64,000 nt of DNA. Origin: Lama guanicoe. Taxonomy: Eukaryota. The stretch covers positions 9,782,898 to 9,846,897 of the forward strand of contig MU054212.1 in NCBI GenBank assembly GCA_013239625.1, written 5' to 3'. The notes beneath the pieces were generated by a model that did not search any database, had not been told where the DNA came from, and saw only the letters and a list, made by a program, of their open reading frames with translations. This document shows, one piece after another, positions 34,841 through 48,829 of the stretch; positions within the stretch are counted from its first letter, which is position 1; the number at the start of each line of letters is the position of its first letter. The position numbers were made by a program, and so were the translations under genes.

Positions 34841-37800
34841 AGCGTTGTCAGAGCTCCACTGACGGGCCCCGGGGGGCTGAGGGGCTGGCCCAGGCCCCTC
34901 CCACTTCCTACGGAGGAGGAGGTGCGGCCCCCTCCAGCTGGGGTCTGAGCTGGACCCGCAGTGGGCGCCCTCACCTGCTGCGCGGGTGCTTCTCAAGGTG
35001 CTTCTGGGAGCGGGCAGCCTCCCGGGAGAGCAAGGGCTCGTCGCCGCCTCTTCCCGGGGCCCGGCCTGGGTGCCAGCTGCTGGCGCGCCGCGGCCCCTGC
35101 TTACCTGAGAGGTGTTGCCGCGGCAAGTCCTTTTAATTGTGATGTTTTACTAATTAGGTTTTAATTATGTTAATTTATTGTACATGAGCCCTAAGGTTTT
35201 CAGACACTGGGCTCCCCTTCGAAACTGGAACAGTAAGTTGTATTTATCACACGCGCAACACTGTGGGTAAATGGCACTTTCTTGTGGCCACACGATTCCT
35301 CTGATAATGTTGCTGGATGGACAGCTTCTATCCAGGCTCTCTAAGCTGCGTTCTCCATGCTGCCACCAGGCTCCCAGCCTGGCAGACCATCCTTCAAATA
35401 GTGCTGGGGTTAAGAGGCTCAGTGTCCAGTGGCTGTGCTGGTGGCATGGAGTGAGGTGGCTGGGAGGGGACGGAGAGACCCCAACTGGACGGGGGCTCAG
35501 GAAAGTGAGATGGCAGGACATTTACACCACGCTGGATCTTCAAAGGGTTGGCATCTGCGGGCCTCAGACTCTCCCACCTGGGTGGACCCCCTCCTGCCCC
35601 CTCACCCAGCAGCTGGGTGCTGACAGGCGCTCCGCAAGTAGGCTGAGGCAGCGTAGCCTGGGGAGGGAGAAGGAGGGGTGGGTGATGAGGATGGAGAGGT
35701 CACATGGGCAGTCAAGTCGGATGGTGAAGACCGTGGCAGGATGTAGGCGTGTGTTCCGGGATGGCAGGTGGCCACGGGACAGGGATTTGCAGCAGGTCGG
35801 GCCCAGAGGAAAGACTCAGGGTAGGGACTCACTGACCATCTGCTAACCCGCTGCTCCTGTTAACACGGAGGAAGTAGTATGATCTCTGGCACGAGACTGG
35901 GACACAGAGGGCGCCTTGGTATTTATGAGGAGTGGGTGAGACGGAAGGGATCACCCCTCCCCGGCCCCGCACATGTGCTGAGGCGAAGGGGCACTTTGGG
36001 GGCCCATTTTCCATAGGTCATTTCTACATTGAAAGGATGAAGTTTTGCTGCCATTAGAACTATTTAAAGATGCCATCAGTTTTCAAGAACCATTCTCCTC
36101 CCACCAAATAATTTCCAGATGGCAACCTTCTTTGAACAAGTTTAAAGTCTTCCAAAGTGTATAAGCAAAGTTGTATATATAAATTCTGGTCTCTTACTGA
36201 ACAGACCCATTAAATAAATTTTGCACAGAGTAAAATTTAAAGAAATCCAGTCTATACATACAACTGGGTATTTATTGCTTTAAAATATGTATATAAGATT
36301 TCAGTTACTAAGGTACATCCATGCACAGGTACATGCACTGAGTACAGAAAGAGTCTGAACTTTGGAACCAAATAGATCTTTAGCTTATCAGCCATATAAG
36401 TCACATTCTCAGCCTCAGTTTTCTCATCTGAAACATGGACATGAGAACACTGCATATGATTGTCATAAAGAGGTAATAAATTACTAAAAGAAGTAATAAA
36501 CATTTAGTGTCTGCCACCTAGGAGGTGCCCAGGGCATGTCAGCTGTGATTATTCTGAGTGTATTCATTAAAAAGGAAACGAAATCTCTCCTTTCCAGGGA
36601 TCAGCATAAGCTGTAGCAGAAAACAGCATTTAGACTTTGTGTAACAGGACATGGAGAGTTTCTAAGGAAGAGGACAGTTGGGGTCTCTCCTCAGTGGTCC
36701 TCCCAGCGTGCTGGGGAGATGAGAGTGGTCTGAGTCTCTGGTGGTGGGAGCAGGGTTGTTGTGGCGGGTTGTCGGGAGCAGAGCCCACATCAGGGGCCCC
36801 GTGAGTTTCCCCTGACACAGAGGCTCAGGGATGCCCATCTCATTCAGTCTTCGGAAGGGCCCACGCTCTAGCGCACACCTAGCACCCCCCACTGCCTGGG
36901 AGCCTGCATCCACACACCTGCGTGTCCAGACCAACAGGAGGATCCCACCCAGGCCTGCATGCCTGATGCCCCTTCCGGCACGGAGAGGGTGGGCAAGCTC
37001 TGTGACTCACTCCCTGGCTCTGTGCCCTCTCGCTGAGTCACAATGTAATCGATCCCTCCCTGCACCAGATTCCTGCTCTCATGTGACCCAAAGGAGGGTC
37101 AGTTCCAGACCCGGGCAGGAAAGGCCTGGCAGGGGAGAGGCGATCCCCAGAGAGAGGGGGGCGGGTTGTCGGAACCTGAGGATGGCCCTGAGCCTTGTGA
37201 GGCTTTCCTGGATGTCCGCTGAGATGCTGTGTTTGGAGGACTCAGAGGTTGGTCCCCACTCACCACCACGCTTTGGTGTTTCCATCAGGGTAGGGCTGTC
37301 TCTGTCAAAGTTGCCCCAGGAAATAATAAAGGCAGTGTTTGGTCTGTGGAATCTCCTTACAGATGCTCACGGTGTTTGTGCTTCAGGGATGAGGGTGCCT
37401 CATTCTTGTATCCAAAAGGTGTGGGCTTCGAGGAGCTGAGACGTGGGAGGTGAGATGTTGGGACTGTGTGATCCACACCTCATACAAGAGCGACCTCGTG
37501 TCATCCTTGGCCCAGAAAGAAAGAACCACCTCTTGTACTGTTGAAATGGGAAACCCTGGCTAGCAGGGCTAAAATCCCAAGTCCCCCTGGTCTGGTGGCA
37601 GAGGGCAGAGAAAGGTCACCTCTGCCAACGTCTTCCCCAGTAGGCAGATCTGGAGTGTGGTGTACAAGCCCCCAGACTAGCGATCGTCTCACCGGCCCTG
37701 CCATTGACAGCATCACTTCCTCACCTGGGACAAGTTACGTAAATGCTTTTGGTTTCTGCATGCTCATCTATAAAATGGGCGTAAGTTCTCTTTCTATCCC

Positions 37801-40800
37801 AGAGAAGTAGCTAATGAATTAATAAAGCTCTATATTGAAACAACCAATTGTACTGTTACAAACCTGCCCCCTCCCGCTCTTCCCAGCTCCGTGCTCTTGC
37901 CCTGACTGAGAGCCACACTGGGTGCAGTGTGCCGCACTGGGTCCTAACAACTGTGCCCAGTTCCACTACTCAGATGGTCCCTACTCAGCCTCACGACCAC
38001 CCGACTGCAGGCAGAGCTGGGGCTTGATGGGACCTCGTGCCAGAAGTCACTTCTGCGGCCATCAAATAACACAGCGGCTCCATCTAGGCTCTGATGGGAC
38101 TCTCAGGAAAGACTCGCTGTGTGACTGGGTCACTGGCTTCCCCTCTCTGGACCTTGCTCTCTGAATTATGGGATAAGGACAGTAATCCTTGCTCTGTGTA
38201 TGTCGTGGGGAGCAGAGAGGATCAGAGGCAAGGAACAATGGAATTGCTTCCCGAGTATAGGATGCTTGTACTAATAGATCAGCTCTTGTCCCCACCCACC
38301 CGGTCCCTGCCTCTGCGCAGCCCTGGCCCCAGAGCAGCCCTGAGAACAGAAAGAGCAGCTCGGTTCTCACATCCATCCTCCTTCTCCTGATTATTCCTCC
38401 CAATCACACTTAATAGCTGCCTGGCTTTTGGCTGCAGCCCGGTATATAATAACCTGCAATTATTGTCCACTTAAGCTGTCCCCAGGGCCTTGTCTGTTGC
38501 GCTGCCCGGCCCGTACCGCCGGCCCGCTGGTTTCCGTCAGAGTCAGGACCAATGGGAAGGAAGCCCTGAAGGGCTGGGCTGACAACTTGTTTGGCAGGGC
38601 TGCCAAACTCTGAGGCTGCAGCTTCTTCAGAGATGGGGCCTCAGAGGTACCTGCTCCAGCCACACCCTCGTCCAGCCTGGGTGCCCCACCTTTCTGGGGC
38701 CTGACCCTCTGGGCTTTCCCCAGCCATCCTCATCCTCTGGGCCCCCTGTTTATTTAAGCTTCTGTTCCTTTGTTTAGCCTTACCTGGTTCTACCAGCTGC
38801 TCACTACTGCTCACTGCAGATTTAGTTCCTCCTCTCTGCCTCCTTTTAAGGGAGGCATTGGCAATTTATGTAACAGGCTTCTAAAGATCAGAGAGGTTAG
38901 GCATCTTTCCTAGGGTCACACAGCCAAGAAGTGACAGAGTGAACATTCAAAATTGGGTTGACTGATTCCACGGCTCCCTTCTTTAACTTATGCTGTGCTG
39001 TCAGCTCTCATCGTAACCCTTCCTACCCTGCCTTGGTGACTCTGCTTAATGCCACCTCCTTTGAAAGCCATCCCCACCACTGCAGTAACACTGGTCTCTG
39101 CTGCTTGGAACTCTTATAGCCTTTGAGTTGGAACCAGGCACCTTTGGTCCTACGTGGACACAGCTTACCCGTCCTCTACCATTGTGATTCACAAAGCAGG
39201 TCTGTGTGCAGGCTGGATACTGAGCTTTTGTCCTTGGTCACATCCCCTCTTCCCAACTCTGACTTGTATTCTCCTGAGCATCTCTCCTAGAGCCTGATCT
39301 TTGCAGCTTCTGACGAGGGCCCTCGCCCACCTATCTCTCCGACCCTGCTCGGCTCTGATGGTGGTGATGGTGATGGTGATGACAAAGTCAATTTCTAGGC
39401 TGTGGAACAGCAGGCAGGTCCCGTGCCACCACTGGGAGATGGCAGAGCCTGCAGGCTTTGGGGTTTTCACCCCACGCAGAGTCTAATCATGAAATGACCT
39501 GGGGGGCACAAGAGGGAGTCCCGACTCTGAGTGAGGACCTTTATCCTGAGAGCTGGTCATCTTGGCAGATGTCTGAGTATCCATCCGTGAGCATGTCCGT
39601 GTCTGTGTTCTCATGGTCTAGAACCCGATGGTACCAGTGGGCTGAGAGGCCTGTCAGGACCTGTGATGAGCAGAGTCAGAGGTCTCCTGGGCTGTCAGGC
39701 CAGGTCTGAAGACCACTGGTCCCCTGGCTGCAGTCGCACTGTGCTTTGGGCTGTCCGCGGAGGAGGTGGGGCCGGGGGTCCTAAGGCTCAGTCTCTGTTG
39801 GGTCCACCCACCTGTCCAGGCCCCAGCCCCGCCCAGGGGATACTCCCTTCCCCCTCCCAGGCTCACCCTTTGCCTGCACTGTTCTCACAGGTGCCTGTAT
39901 TCTTCAGTCCTTTGTCTTGGAAATAGATTCTCAGCAAGATGACTTCGTTGGGACACAGTTTGGGGGTAGCCTGAAGCCTCCCCTGGCTCATCAGATCTTA
40001 CAAGCTAAGTCTGAGGTAGGCCTGAAGTTGTCTGGGGCCTCAGGAGGGAGCCAGCCTTCCATCCTCGGTGCCATCCTAACTCGTAGGTTCCGAGATGGAC
40101 AGAGGCCTCCAGCCAGCGCCCCGCGGCACCGACGCCCTCCCCACCTCCGCAGCGGGCAGGCAGTGCATCTCTCTGGCCTCTCCCAGTGCTGCCCAGCCTC
40201 TCAGGCTGGAAGTGCCCCTGTCCTCGGGTCCCTGGCCAGGGGTCCTGGGGTGAGACCTCTTGGGAAGGGCTGGGAGGATGCTTAGGGCAGGGGCAGCAAA
40301 GGTGTGGACAGGACTGGAGCCAGCCAGGCCAGCTACCCACTGCACCCGCATTTGGGGACTTAACAGTGAGAGGGGCCAACACTCAGTGACCTTTATTTTC
40401 TTTAACTGCATTTTACTCTCCTGGCCCAGGACCCGAGCTCTCCATGCCAGGGGGCAAAGGGTGACTTCAAACGTGTTAGTTAGCGCTCACTCACCCTCTG
40501 TCAGGGTAATCAGCTTGTGTGGGCGAATCCTTTGTCTTTGGAGGTTTTTTCCCACCCTCCCCTCTAGCCAAGACGGCATCTGAGGCAGGGGAGGCTGACA
40601 CACCCTGGGGTGGGAAGGGGGCCTTGGGTTGTCCTTGAGCTGTCATCTGGGGCCTCGGGCTCCTGGGGCATCTCCATCCTGGGGATCCTAGAGTGGGAGC
40701 TAAGTTCCCCTGCCCACGTGGCCCCAGCTAGTCATCATGGCCACAGGCAGCCTCGGGGTCCCCGCACCTCCGACACCCACCTACAGCCTCTCACTCTCAC

Positions 40801-42371
40801 CCGGGGTGCAGGTGGCAGACCCTGGCTTCTAGTTCTCTTCCTGCCTTTCCCGCCCCAGACAGCAAATAGCTCCTGGAATTCTCCCACACCTCAGGCAGGT
40901 AGGATGCACAGGCAGAGAGAAGTGATGAAATCTGTTTAACCACATCTTTCTGCCTAAACCTGCTTTCCTTTTACCCATCCTGGGTGCTGGCTCCGGGTTG
41001 CCCAGAGCCGCCCAGACAGGAGGTGGTGCCCAGGGTCCAGCTTTCAGCTGCCTTTGAAAATGTGCTTTCCACCTCATTCCCTTTCCCTGCTGAAGGCCCA
41101 GCTCTGGGGTGGGACGGATGTGCTGTGAGCAAGAACGCCTGCCTTTTCTTGTCTCCACTCCCGGCTCTTCTCCCCAAATCATGAAGGCTTCTGTGGTCTG
41201 TTCCCTCCTGTCCCCAAGCCTGGGGACCCTGGGGGATGTTCCTGCAGCCGAGGCAGCAGCACAGCCCCGCACACCTCAAGGCAGCGGGACAACCAGTGCC
41301 ATCAGGAACCTACAGTGAAGCCCACTTCAGCTGAGTCTGCATGAAACACTTATCATACAAAGCAAAACCAAACCAAACCAAACCCGAATGCGTCCCTCTG
41401 GGGTGGCTTTTAAAACTAGTTTTGATCATTTGGAGAGTAACTCCTTAGCTACTTAGAAAGCTTGACAATCTAAAATGATTCATTTGTCAAATATTTAGGT
41501 TAGTTGAGATTCAGCATTTGCTAACACGTGGAAGAGGCGTGACTGTAAATGGACCGGACAGGTTTGACGTGGAAGCCTCCTGTGCTCTAGCCACGCGCTC
41601 TTCACCGAGAAGCACCCCCTGGAACAGCGCCCGCCCTCCTGTGTGCCTGAGAGCGTGTGTGTGCACGTGTGCCTGTGTTCACATGTCTGTCAGGCGCACA
41701 CACGTGTGTGAGCGCCTCGTCTTTCTTGGGGTTTATTAGGTTTTCTTTGTGCTGCGAATGCTTGTGGCCTCTGGGGGTGCTATATATATACAGATGCAGA
41801 ATTTGGGAAACACAGGATTTTCCACCTGAAAGGAAACCTTAGGCATCTTCTAATCCACTTTTCTCATTCTGCACATCCGGCAATTAACACCCAAAGAGGG
41901 AAAGCGACTTGCCCAAGGGTCAGATAGACAGCCCAGGGCTCGCTCGCATTCTCTCTCTCTCTCCTGCACACACACTTATTTTGCAGGCAGAAATGGCTAT
42001 TTCCTCGTTGTTTCGCGCGTCTTTGTTTCTTTTTCTCCCTCCTTTATGCTTCCTTTTCACCATGTCTGTCTGTCTGTCTGTTTGTTTGTCTTTCCTCCTC
42101 CCTCCCTGTTGTGTGTCCCTGGGCCTGGAGCTGAGGTCACTTGGCAGCGGAGAGGGAAGCCCGTGTCTCCCTCTAAGGCTCAGCCCAGGGCCCACGGGTG
42201 CTGGGGGAAGTGTAGGCACAGCGTGCTCTCTGCTCCCCCATTTGCAGGGTGCCTGGAAGAGGGGTGCCTTTTCCCCAGGAGGTGGAAGCAGAGAGAGGCA
42301 CAGAGCTGGGATGTGCAGCAGCCAGTGCTCTCTTGGGGGGAAGGAATGAGTTCCCTCCCGCGTCCCTTTCT

Positions 42372-43769
42372 TTCTTTCTTTTTTTTTTTTTAGTTGAAGT
42401 ACAGGCAGTTACAATGTGTCCATTTCTGGTCTATGGCACAATGTCCCAGTCGTGCATATACGTGTATATGTTCATTTTCGTATTCTTTTTCATTAAAAGT
42501 TATTACAGGATATTGAATATAGTTCCCTGTGCTATACAGAATAAATTTGTTTTTTAAATCCATTTTTATATACAGTGGCTAACATTTGCAAATCTCAAGC
42601 TCCCAAATTTATCCCTTCCCACCTCCTTTCCCTGGCAACCATAAGATTGTTTACTATGTCTGTGAGTCTGCTTCTGTTTTGTAGATGAGTTCATTAGTGT
42701 CCTCATTTTTCTTTTTTTTAGATTCCACATATGAGTGATATCATGTGGTATTTTTCTTTCTCTTTCTGGCTTACTTCACTTAGAATGACAATCTCTAGTT
42801 CTACTCATGTTGCTGCAAATGGCATTATTTTGTTATTCTTTATGGCTGAGTAGTATTCCATTGCATAAATACACCACAATTTCTTTTTTTTTTAACATTT
42901 TTTTATTGAGTTGTAGTCATTATACAATGTTGTGTCAAATTCCAGAGTAGAGCACAATTTTTCAGTTATACATGAACACACATATATTCATTGTCACATT
43001 TCTTTTCGCTGTGAGCTACCACAAGATCTTGTATACATTTCCCTGTGCTATACAGTATAATCTTGTTTATCTATTCTACATATGCCTGTCAGTATCTACA
43101 AATTCTGAAATCCCAGTGTATCCCTTCCCACTCTCCACCCCTTGGCAACCACAGGTTTGTATTCTATGTCTGTGAATCTGTTTCTGTTTTGTATTTTTTT
43201 TTTAAGATTCCACATATGAGTGATCTCATATGGTATTTTTCTTTCTCTTTCTGGTTTACTTCACTTAGAATGACATTCTCCAGGAACATCTATGTTGTTG
43301 CAAATGGCGTTATGTTGTCATTTTTATGGCTGAGTAGTATTCCATTGTATAAATCTACCACATCTTCTTTACCAGTCATCTGTTGATGGACATTTAGGCT
43401 GTTTCCATGTCTTGGCTATTGTAAATAATGCTGCTATGAACATTGGGGTGCAGGTGTCATCCTGAAGTAGGGTTCCTTCTGGATATATGCCCAGGAGCGA
43501 GATCCTGGGTCATATGGTAAATCTATTCCTAGTCTTTTGAGGAATCTCCATACTGTTTTCCACAGTGGCTGCACCAAACTGCATTCCCACCAGCAGTGAA
43601 GGAGGGTTCCCTTTTCTCCACAGACTCTCTAGCATTTATAGTTTGTGGACTTTTGAATGATGGCTATTCTGACTGGTGTGAGGTGATATCTCATTGTAGT
43701 TTTAGTTTGCATTTCTTTGATAATTAGCAATACTGAGCATTTTTTCATGTGCCTATTGGCCGTTTGTAT
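42372..43769 (-). mobile_element. 5'-truncated LINE-1 (ORF2 C-terminus plus two tandem 3' UTRs), 10-bp TSD
   Basis: Poly-T tails at ~42372 and ~42884. ORF2 remnant DIQTANRHMKKCSVLLIIKEMQTKTTMRYHLTPVRIAIIQKSTNYKC in ORF 43629-43859(-). gtccctttct at 42362-42371 and 43770-43779. Confidence 0.92.
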
Positions 43770-44249
43770 GTCCCTTTCTGTGGCCTGAGCCAGTGGCCTC
43801 CAGTTCAGATACCTTTTTAGGGAGGATGCATACGCCCCTTGCCTCATATCGGGATGCACAGGAGAGAGCTCCCTTCTAACCCTGATATCCTGATGCTGAA
43901 ATGTGGCTCCCTGTCTTCAGCAGACTCTGTGGAAATGACTGCTTTGATGTGGCTCATCTTCCAGAGAGGCATGGACTCTCAGATTAGGAATGGAGCTTAG
44001 ATGTGGTTCTTTTCACTGCCACATCCATTGGAGGAATCCATCCTCTAGCATCCCGGAAGTCTCCCGAGTCTGCCTAACCACCCCCAGCAATGGAACCAGT
44101 TTCTTTCAAAAGTCCTTCCATGACTCATTTCTTTCAACATGTCCCCATCTCTTTCCTCTCCTGTGCCAAAGGTCTTGGAATAGGAGGCTACCCTTGCTTT
44201 CTCTACTTCCTTGTTTCCCATTTGTTCTGTAATATGCTGAGCCTGGCTT

Positions 44250-45320
44250 TTGTCTCTCCCACTTTATCAAAAGTATTCTCACTGCAGTTATCAGTGGCCA
44301 AATCCAGTGCTACTTTTTTAGTCTTTGTGTTAATGCTGCTGATCACTTCTTTGAACCATCTTCCTTGTTTAAGAAATACATTGTTCTCTCTTTGTTCACC
44401 TCCTCCTTCCCATTAGTCCCCTTGACTGGGTCCTCTCTCTGTCTCATCTCTAAGTGCTGGGTCACCCTGGTCCCATCCTTGAAGTTTCTTCTTTTTTTAG
44501 GCTTCATGGTCTCCTAGGCACCCCATTCTGGCACAGGATGGTCATTTCCTATCATAGGCTGGAGGTCCCAACTGAACATGTTCAGCCTCTTACAACTTTT
44601 AGCTGTTTCCATCAAAAGACCCTCAGACTCAGGGGTTCTTTCTTCCCATGAGAAAAAAGATCTCCCCTACTTGAAGCCATGTTTTGGTTAGTGGCTCCAT
44701 GATCTACCCAATCATCTCAGCCAGAACGTGAGTCATTTCTGACTGCATCCTCTCCCTCATCCTGCAGATGCCCTTGGCCACCAGGTCCTATTGGCTCTAC
44801 CACGTCTTCGCCTCCTCACTGCCAGCCCTTCATCCTCTCTGCCTTACACTCTTGCTGTAGTCTCCCAACTGGTCTCTTTGCCATTGGCTTTGCCTTCTCT
44901 GGCCCACATGCCCTTTATTCTGCACACAGAATGGGCTTTCTAAATCCTTGATCTGGTCATGCCAACTTCCTCCTCAAAAGCCTTCGATGGCTCCCCATTG
45001 CCTCCAGGACAGAGCCCAATCTCCTTGGCTTGGTATTCCAAGATCCTCATAACTCACCATGTCCCCTCTCCGTCCCCTTCTAGGTCTCTCTTCTGCCGCC
45101 TCCCCCTTCCCCCTGTGCTGGGTCCCTCAGTTCTGGCTGGTACCGTTCTTATCCTCACTTTCCATTTTATAACCAGCTGAATGATTGACATCATTTAATT
45201 AATTACTAGATGGTTCTTCCCCACCCCCACCCCCCAGGCCCATAGACTGCAATCTCCTTAAAGGCATGACTGTGGCTTTCTTGTTCAGTTCTCCACTCCA
45301 GAGCTGCCAACCTGACTGGG
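44250..45320 (+). mobile_element. LINE-2 fragment
   Basis: atctggtcatgccaacttcctcctcaaaagccttcgatggctccccattgcc and related L2 motifs. Confidence 0.7.
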
Positions 45321-46364
45321 CGACTGGAGAGCTTCACATATGTGAATCTGAGTAAGATCTTAATCCTGTAAGTGAGCCACAGGGTGCAGAAGGTTGTCCT
45401 GACTACAATGGTGACTAGATGAGATTTTGAGTTTCAGGAGGATTGGCTGGGGAGCTTCAGGCAGGATGGGGTGGAGGCAGGCGTTATCAGGGACTGGGGA
45501 CTGGCAACAGCACAGGCGTGAAGTGCTGGTCTGAAATGAGTGAATTTTTCTCTCCCATCCCATATGCTTCCAATGGAGAGTCCAGGAGATGGAATCAATT
45601 TGTGCTTAATTGAAAACGAACAGAATCCAGAACTGGGCTGATAATAAGCTTAGCATGTAACTGTGAAGTGACCTTACCTCATCGTGGGAAAGCTTTCTCT
45701 CCTTTTTGGCTCTTTCTAAATCTGTTCTTGTTTCATTCCTTGGTCTCCATCTCCTCCTCTTCCAAGGGTGGAATCCAGAAGAGATGCTCTCTGTTTGGAA
45801 CAATGTTCCTCTCTGATCTGCTGTTAATTTGTTTATACTGTTGTTAGTCTCTACAATACAATATGCATCTTTGAGATATCACATCTGGAGGCTTCTATCC
45901 CAGAGAAGAATAAAATTGCAGTTGGAAGAGTCCGAAAAGTGGCTGAGTTCTGAGGTTCAGACTGGCTAAATTGGTAGCTTTTCCTGGCTCTAAGTTCTCT
46001 GATAGGAGCGAGAAGCACCCGCTCGCGCCTGTCTCTCCCCTGGCCCACGTTCTCCAGCCCAGTGACAATTCAGGAGGCTGCTTTTCTGCTTTTTGTTATA
46101 CTGGGTTCTGCCCCATCTCTCTAAAGCAATCTTATAAATCATTGATGAGAATATTTCTATTTTTGTCTTAAATATCCTAGCCAAGAAAGTCTTATGAATA
46201 CTTTCCAAATCAAGCGCTGGCATCGCACGATGCTTCCTCACTGATGGCAGCCCCAGCCCATTGTGTTTGCACTTCTTGGCTCGGCCATCCATGCCAGCAA
46301 TGCCAAGTCTCAGCTTGGGGTGGGGGCTGACCCCTGGCGCAGAGCTCTCGGTGGCCTCTTTCTT

Positions 46365-46521
46365 TTTTTTAATTTTAAATTTTATTATTATTTTACTTTT
46401 GAGGGGGAGGTAATTAGGTTTATTTATTTATTTTACTTTCTAACGGAGTTACTGGGATTGAACACAGGGACCTCGTGCATGCCCAGCAGGCACTCTGCCA
46501 CTGAGCTCTACCTGCCCCCTT
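46365..46521 (-). mobile_element. tRNA-derived SINE (camelid Vic-1-like) with 9-bp TSD
   Basis: Reverse-strand tRNA-like head and T-rich tail; ctctttctt at 46356-46364 and 46522-46530. Confidence 0.85.
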
Positions 46522-46570
46522 CTCTTTCTTGAGCAGAAGTTTCTTTCCCATGGCTGCCCCTAAATTGACT

Positions 46571-46700
46571 TTTTTGGTTTGCTTTTTTGGAGGGTAGTAA
46601 TTAGACTTACTTATTTTTTTTTAACGGAAGTACTGGGGATGGAACCCTGGACCTCATGCATGCTAGGCATGAGCTCTACCACTGAGCTACACCTTACTCC
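46571..46700 (-). mobile_element. tRNA-derived SINE (camelid Vic-1-like), second copy of a tandem pair
   Basis: tactggggatggaaccctggacctcatgcatgctaggcatgagctctaccactgagctac, the reverse complement of the same SINE head. Confidence 0.85.
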
Positions 46701-46849
46701 CCAAATTTAAATGCTATCAGTTATGACCAAAGATTCCTCGTGCCATCCATCCTGCCTCTGAGCCACCACCCCTCAACCCAATCATCCCCATCACCCAAAC
46801 ATCATCCTTCCTGTGCCTGGGAATTCAACTCCCTTGAAGGTCAGCCTAC

Positions 46850-47012
46850 ATTTGAAGGCATGAGGTTCCAAGATAAAAAAGGACCCTGTCTGGTAGTACA
46901 TTCCAAACCCACTAGTTCATAAAGACCATTGGGTTTACCACTCTATTCTAGGCATTAGCACTGGGTCTGGCACATTGGAAGCACTCAGCAAATACTGCTT
47001 GAGGAATGAATT
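46850..47012 (+). mobile_element. LINE-2 3' tail fragment
   Basis: ctggcacattggaagcactcagcaaatactgcttgaggaatgaat. Confidence 0.55.
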
Positions 47013-48829
47013 GGGAAATGCAGAAATGCATGAAATGCCTAATGCATTGGATGCTCCACACACCGGATCTCCTCTCCCACCAGAACCATCTAGACCTGAC
47101 ACCCTAAGACAGTTAATACAGGTTTTTTTTTTTTTTAGCTCAGTGTTAGTCTCTACTGAGAAAGTAAGATGGTTCAGATGCATCTTTCCTATTCACCCTC
47201 AACTTGTTTGGAGTTTTCTCTGACTGTGATTCTCCCTCAGCCTTCACGTTGATAATTTACATGACCTATTCCTTGCTTGTGCATTGCTTAGCTTGGGCCT
47301 TTCATCTGAGTAAGTCTTGTATTCCTGAGCAGAGCAGAAACACCTGGAGGGAGGGACTACGTCCATTTACTTCATTCATAGCCCAACGTCAAGACAGTGT
47401 AGTGGGTGTTAAATAAATGGCTCTTAACTGACTGATGGAGCCAATGGGTCTCAAGCTCAACATCCACTTTTATTTTTAATGTTAGAAGTTAGAATCTAAG
47501 CCTAAGAGGGAATGCACAGTAAATTTTTGACCCACTTCATCATGACTTGCATATCGTCTGTCTGATAGCACCAAGTGTTACAGGTTTCCATAGTCTGTTT
47601 CACTGAAGGTGCACAATAGGAAGACTGTTAGGTAAGTCACAATTATCCAAGGCACCGGATGATTTCTATTATGTCTTTGCAATAATTAGATGCTTCAAAG
47701 AATTCATACCTTGATATTTTGGTGATGGTTTCAATAACATGCTTTGTGATCTCCATGCTACTGGGGAATGACGACCCGGGAACTCTGGAACCAGCCATCA
47801 GTCCCATACAGAATGGGCTGGGGTCCACCACGATTAGCGATGGGGCTCTTCGCCATCAGTGCTATCCTCCCTACCCACCCCCCAGGAGCTTATGGGGCTG
47901 GGGGAGGCAGACGTATGCCTGTGGCTCAAGGTCCAGGGTTGTAAATATTTGAGCACGTAGAGAAGGCTGAAGTTACCTCTCATCAGGAGACTGATGAGCA
48001 TCTCACGCAGAAGTCAGCGTTCGCACTAGGTACTGAAGGAGAAATCTGATCTCACAAGCCAACACTGTATCTGATTCCTAGCAGGTGCTCCACAACTGTT
48101 TGTTGGCTGCCTGAGAGAAGACAGTGGTGTTTTAGGAGAGGGGGAAGAAGGCAGGGAAGAACGAGTTTTATTTGGGAGGCAGCAGGTCTGAAGCTGAGGC
48201 TGGAGGCGTCTGAGCCGGTAGCTGGAGACAAATCTGGTTGGCTGGCTGGAGGCTGAGTATAAAAGCCCTTGAGTTTAGCTGAGGATTTTAGACTTCAGTC
48301 AGAAGGCAGAGGGTGTCTCTGGATGTCTTGGAGACATCTGGGCTGTGCTTCGTAAGGTCAGGCTGCATTGATGGGAGGGCTATGTTGGGATGGATGGGGC
48401 TGGGAGCAGAGGAATCCTGGTGAGGCAGTTGCAGACAATTGGGTGGGGTAGGCAGAACCCTGAACCCCAATAGGAGCAGTGGGTGGCAGTGGGGCAGAAT
48501 CTGCAGGACTGGGAGCTGCCTTCACCAGTAGCTGGTCCTCGCCGCATCTCCTCTCCTCTCCCATCACCTACCTGTTCCCTAACGTCGTCTCCTTCAGGAG
48601 TCTGGCACCTGCACCTCCCACCCTGCAGGGAGGCTCTCACTCATGGGGAGAATTGACTTTAGGCAGGTGTGTGTGGATGTGAATTTGCTAAGATCCCTAT
48701 TTATTTATAATTCGTTATTTAATGCCTTCCTAGGGTCTGAAAGGATTAGAGAAAGACAGTGTGAATGTATATACACATGTTTTCTCACCAAATGGGACCT
48801 GCAGTTTCAGCCTGATTTCTTGTTCGGCA

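Noticed and set aside
43629..43859. 76-aa ORF with reverse-transcriptase-family C-terminal similarity
   Set aside because: Fragment of truncated L1 ORF2, not a host gene.
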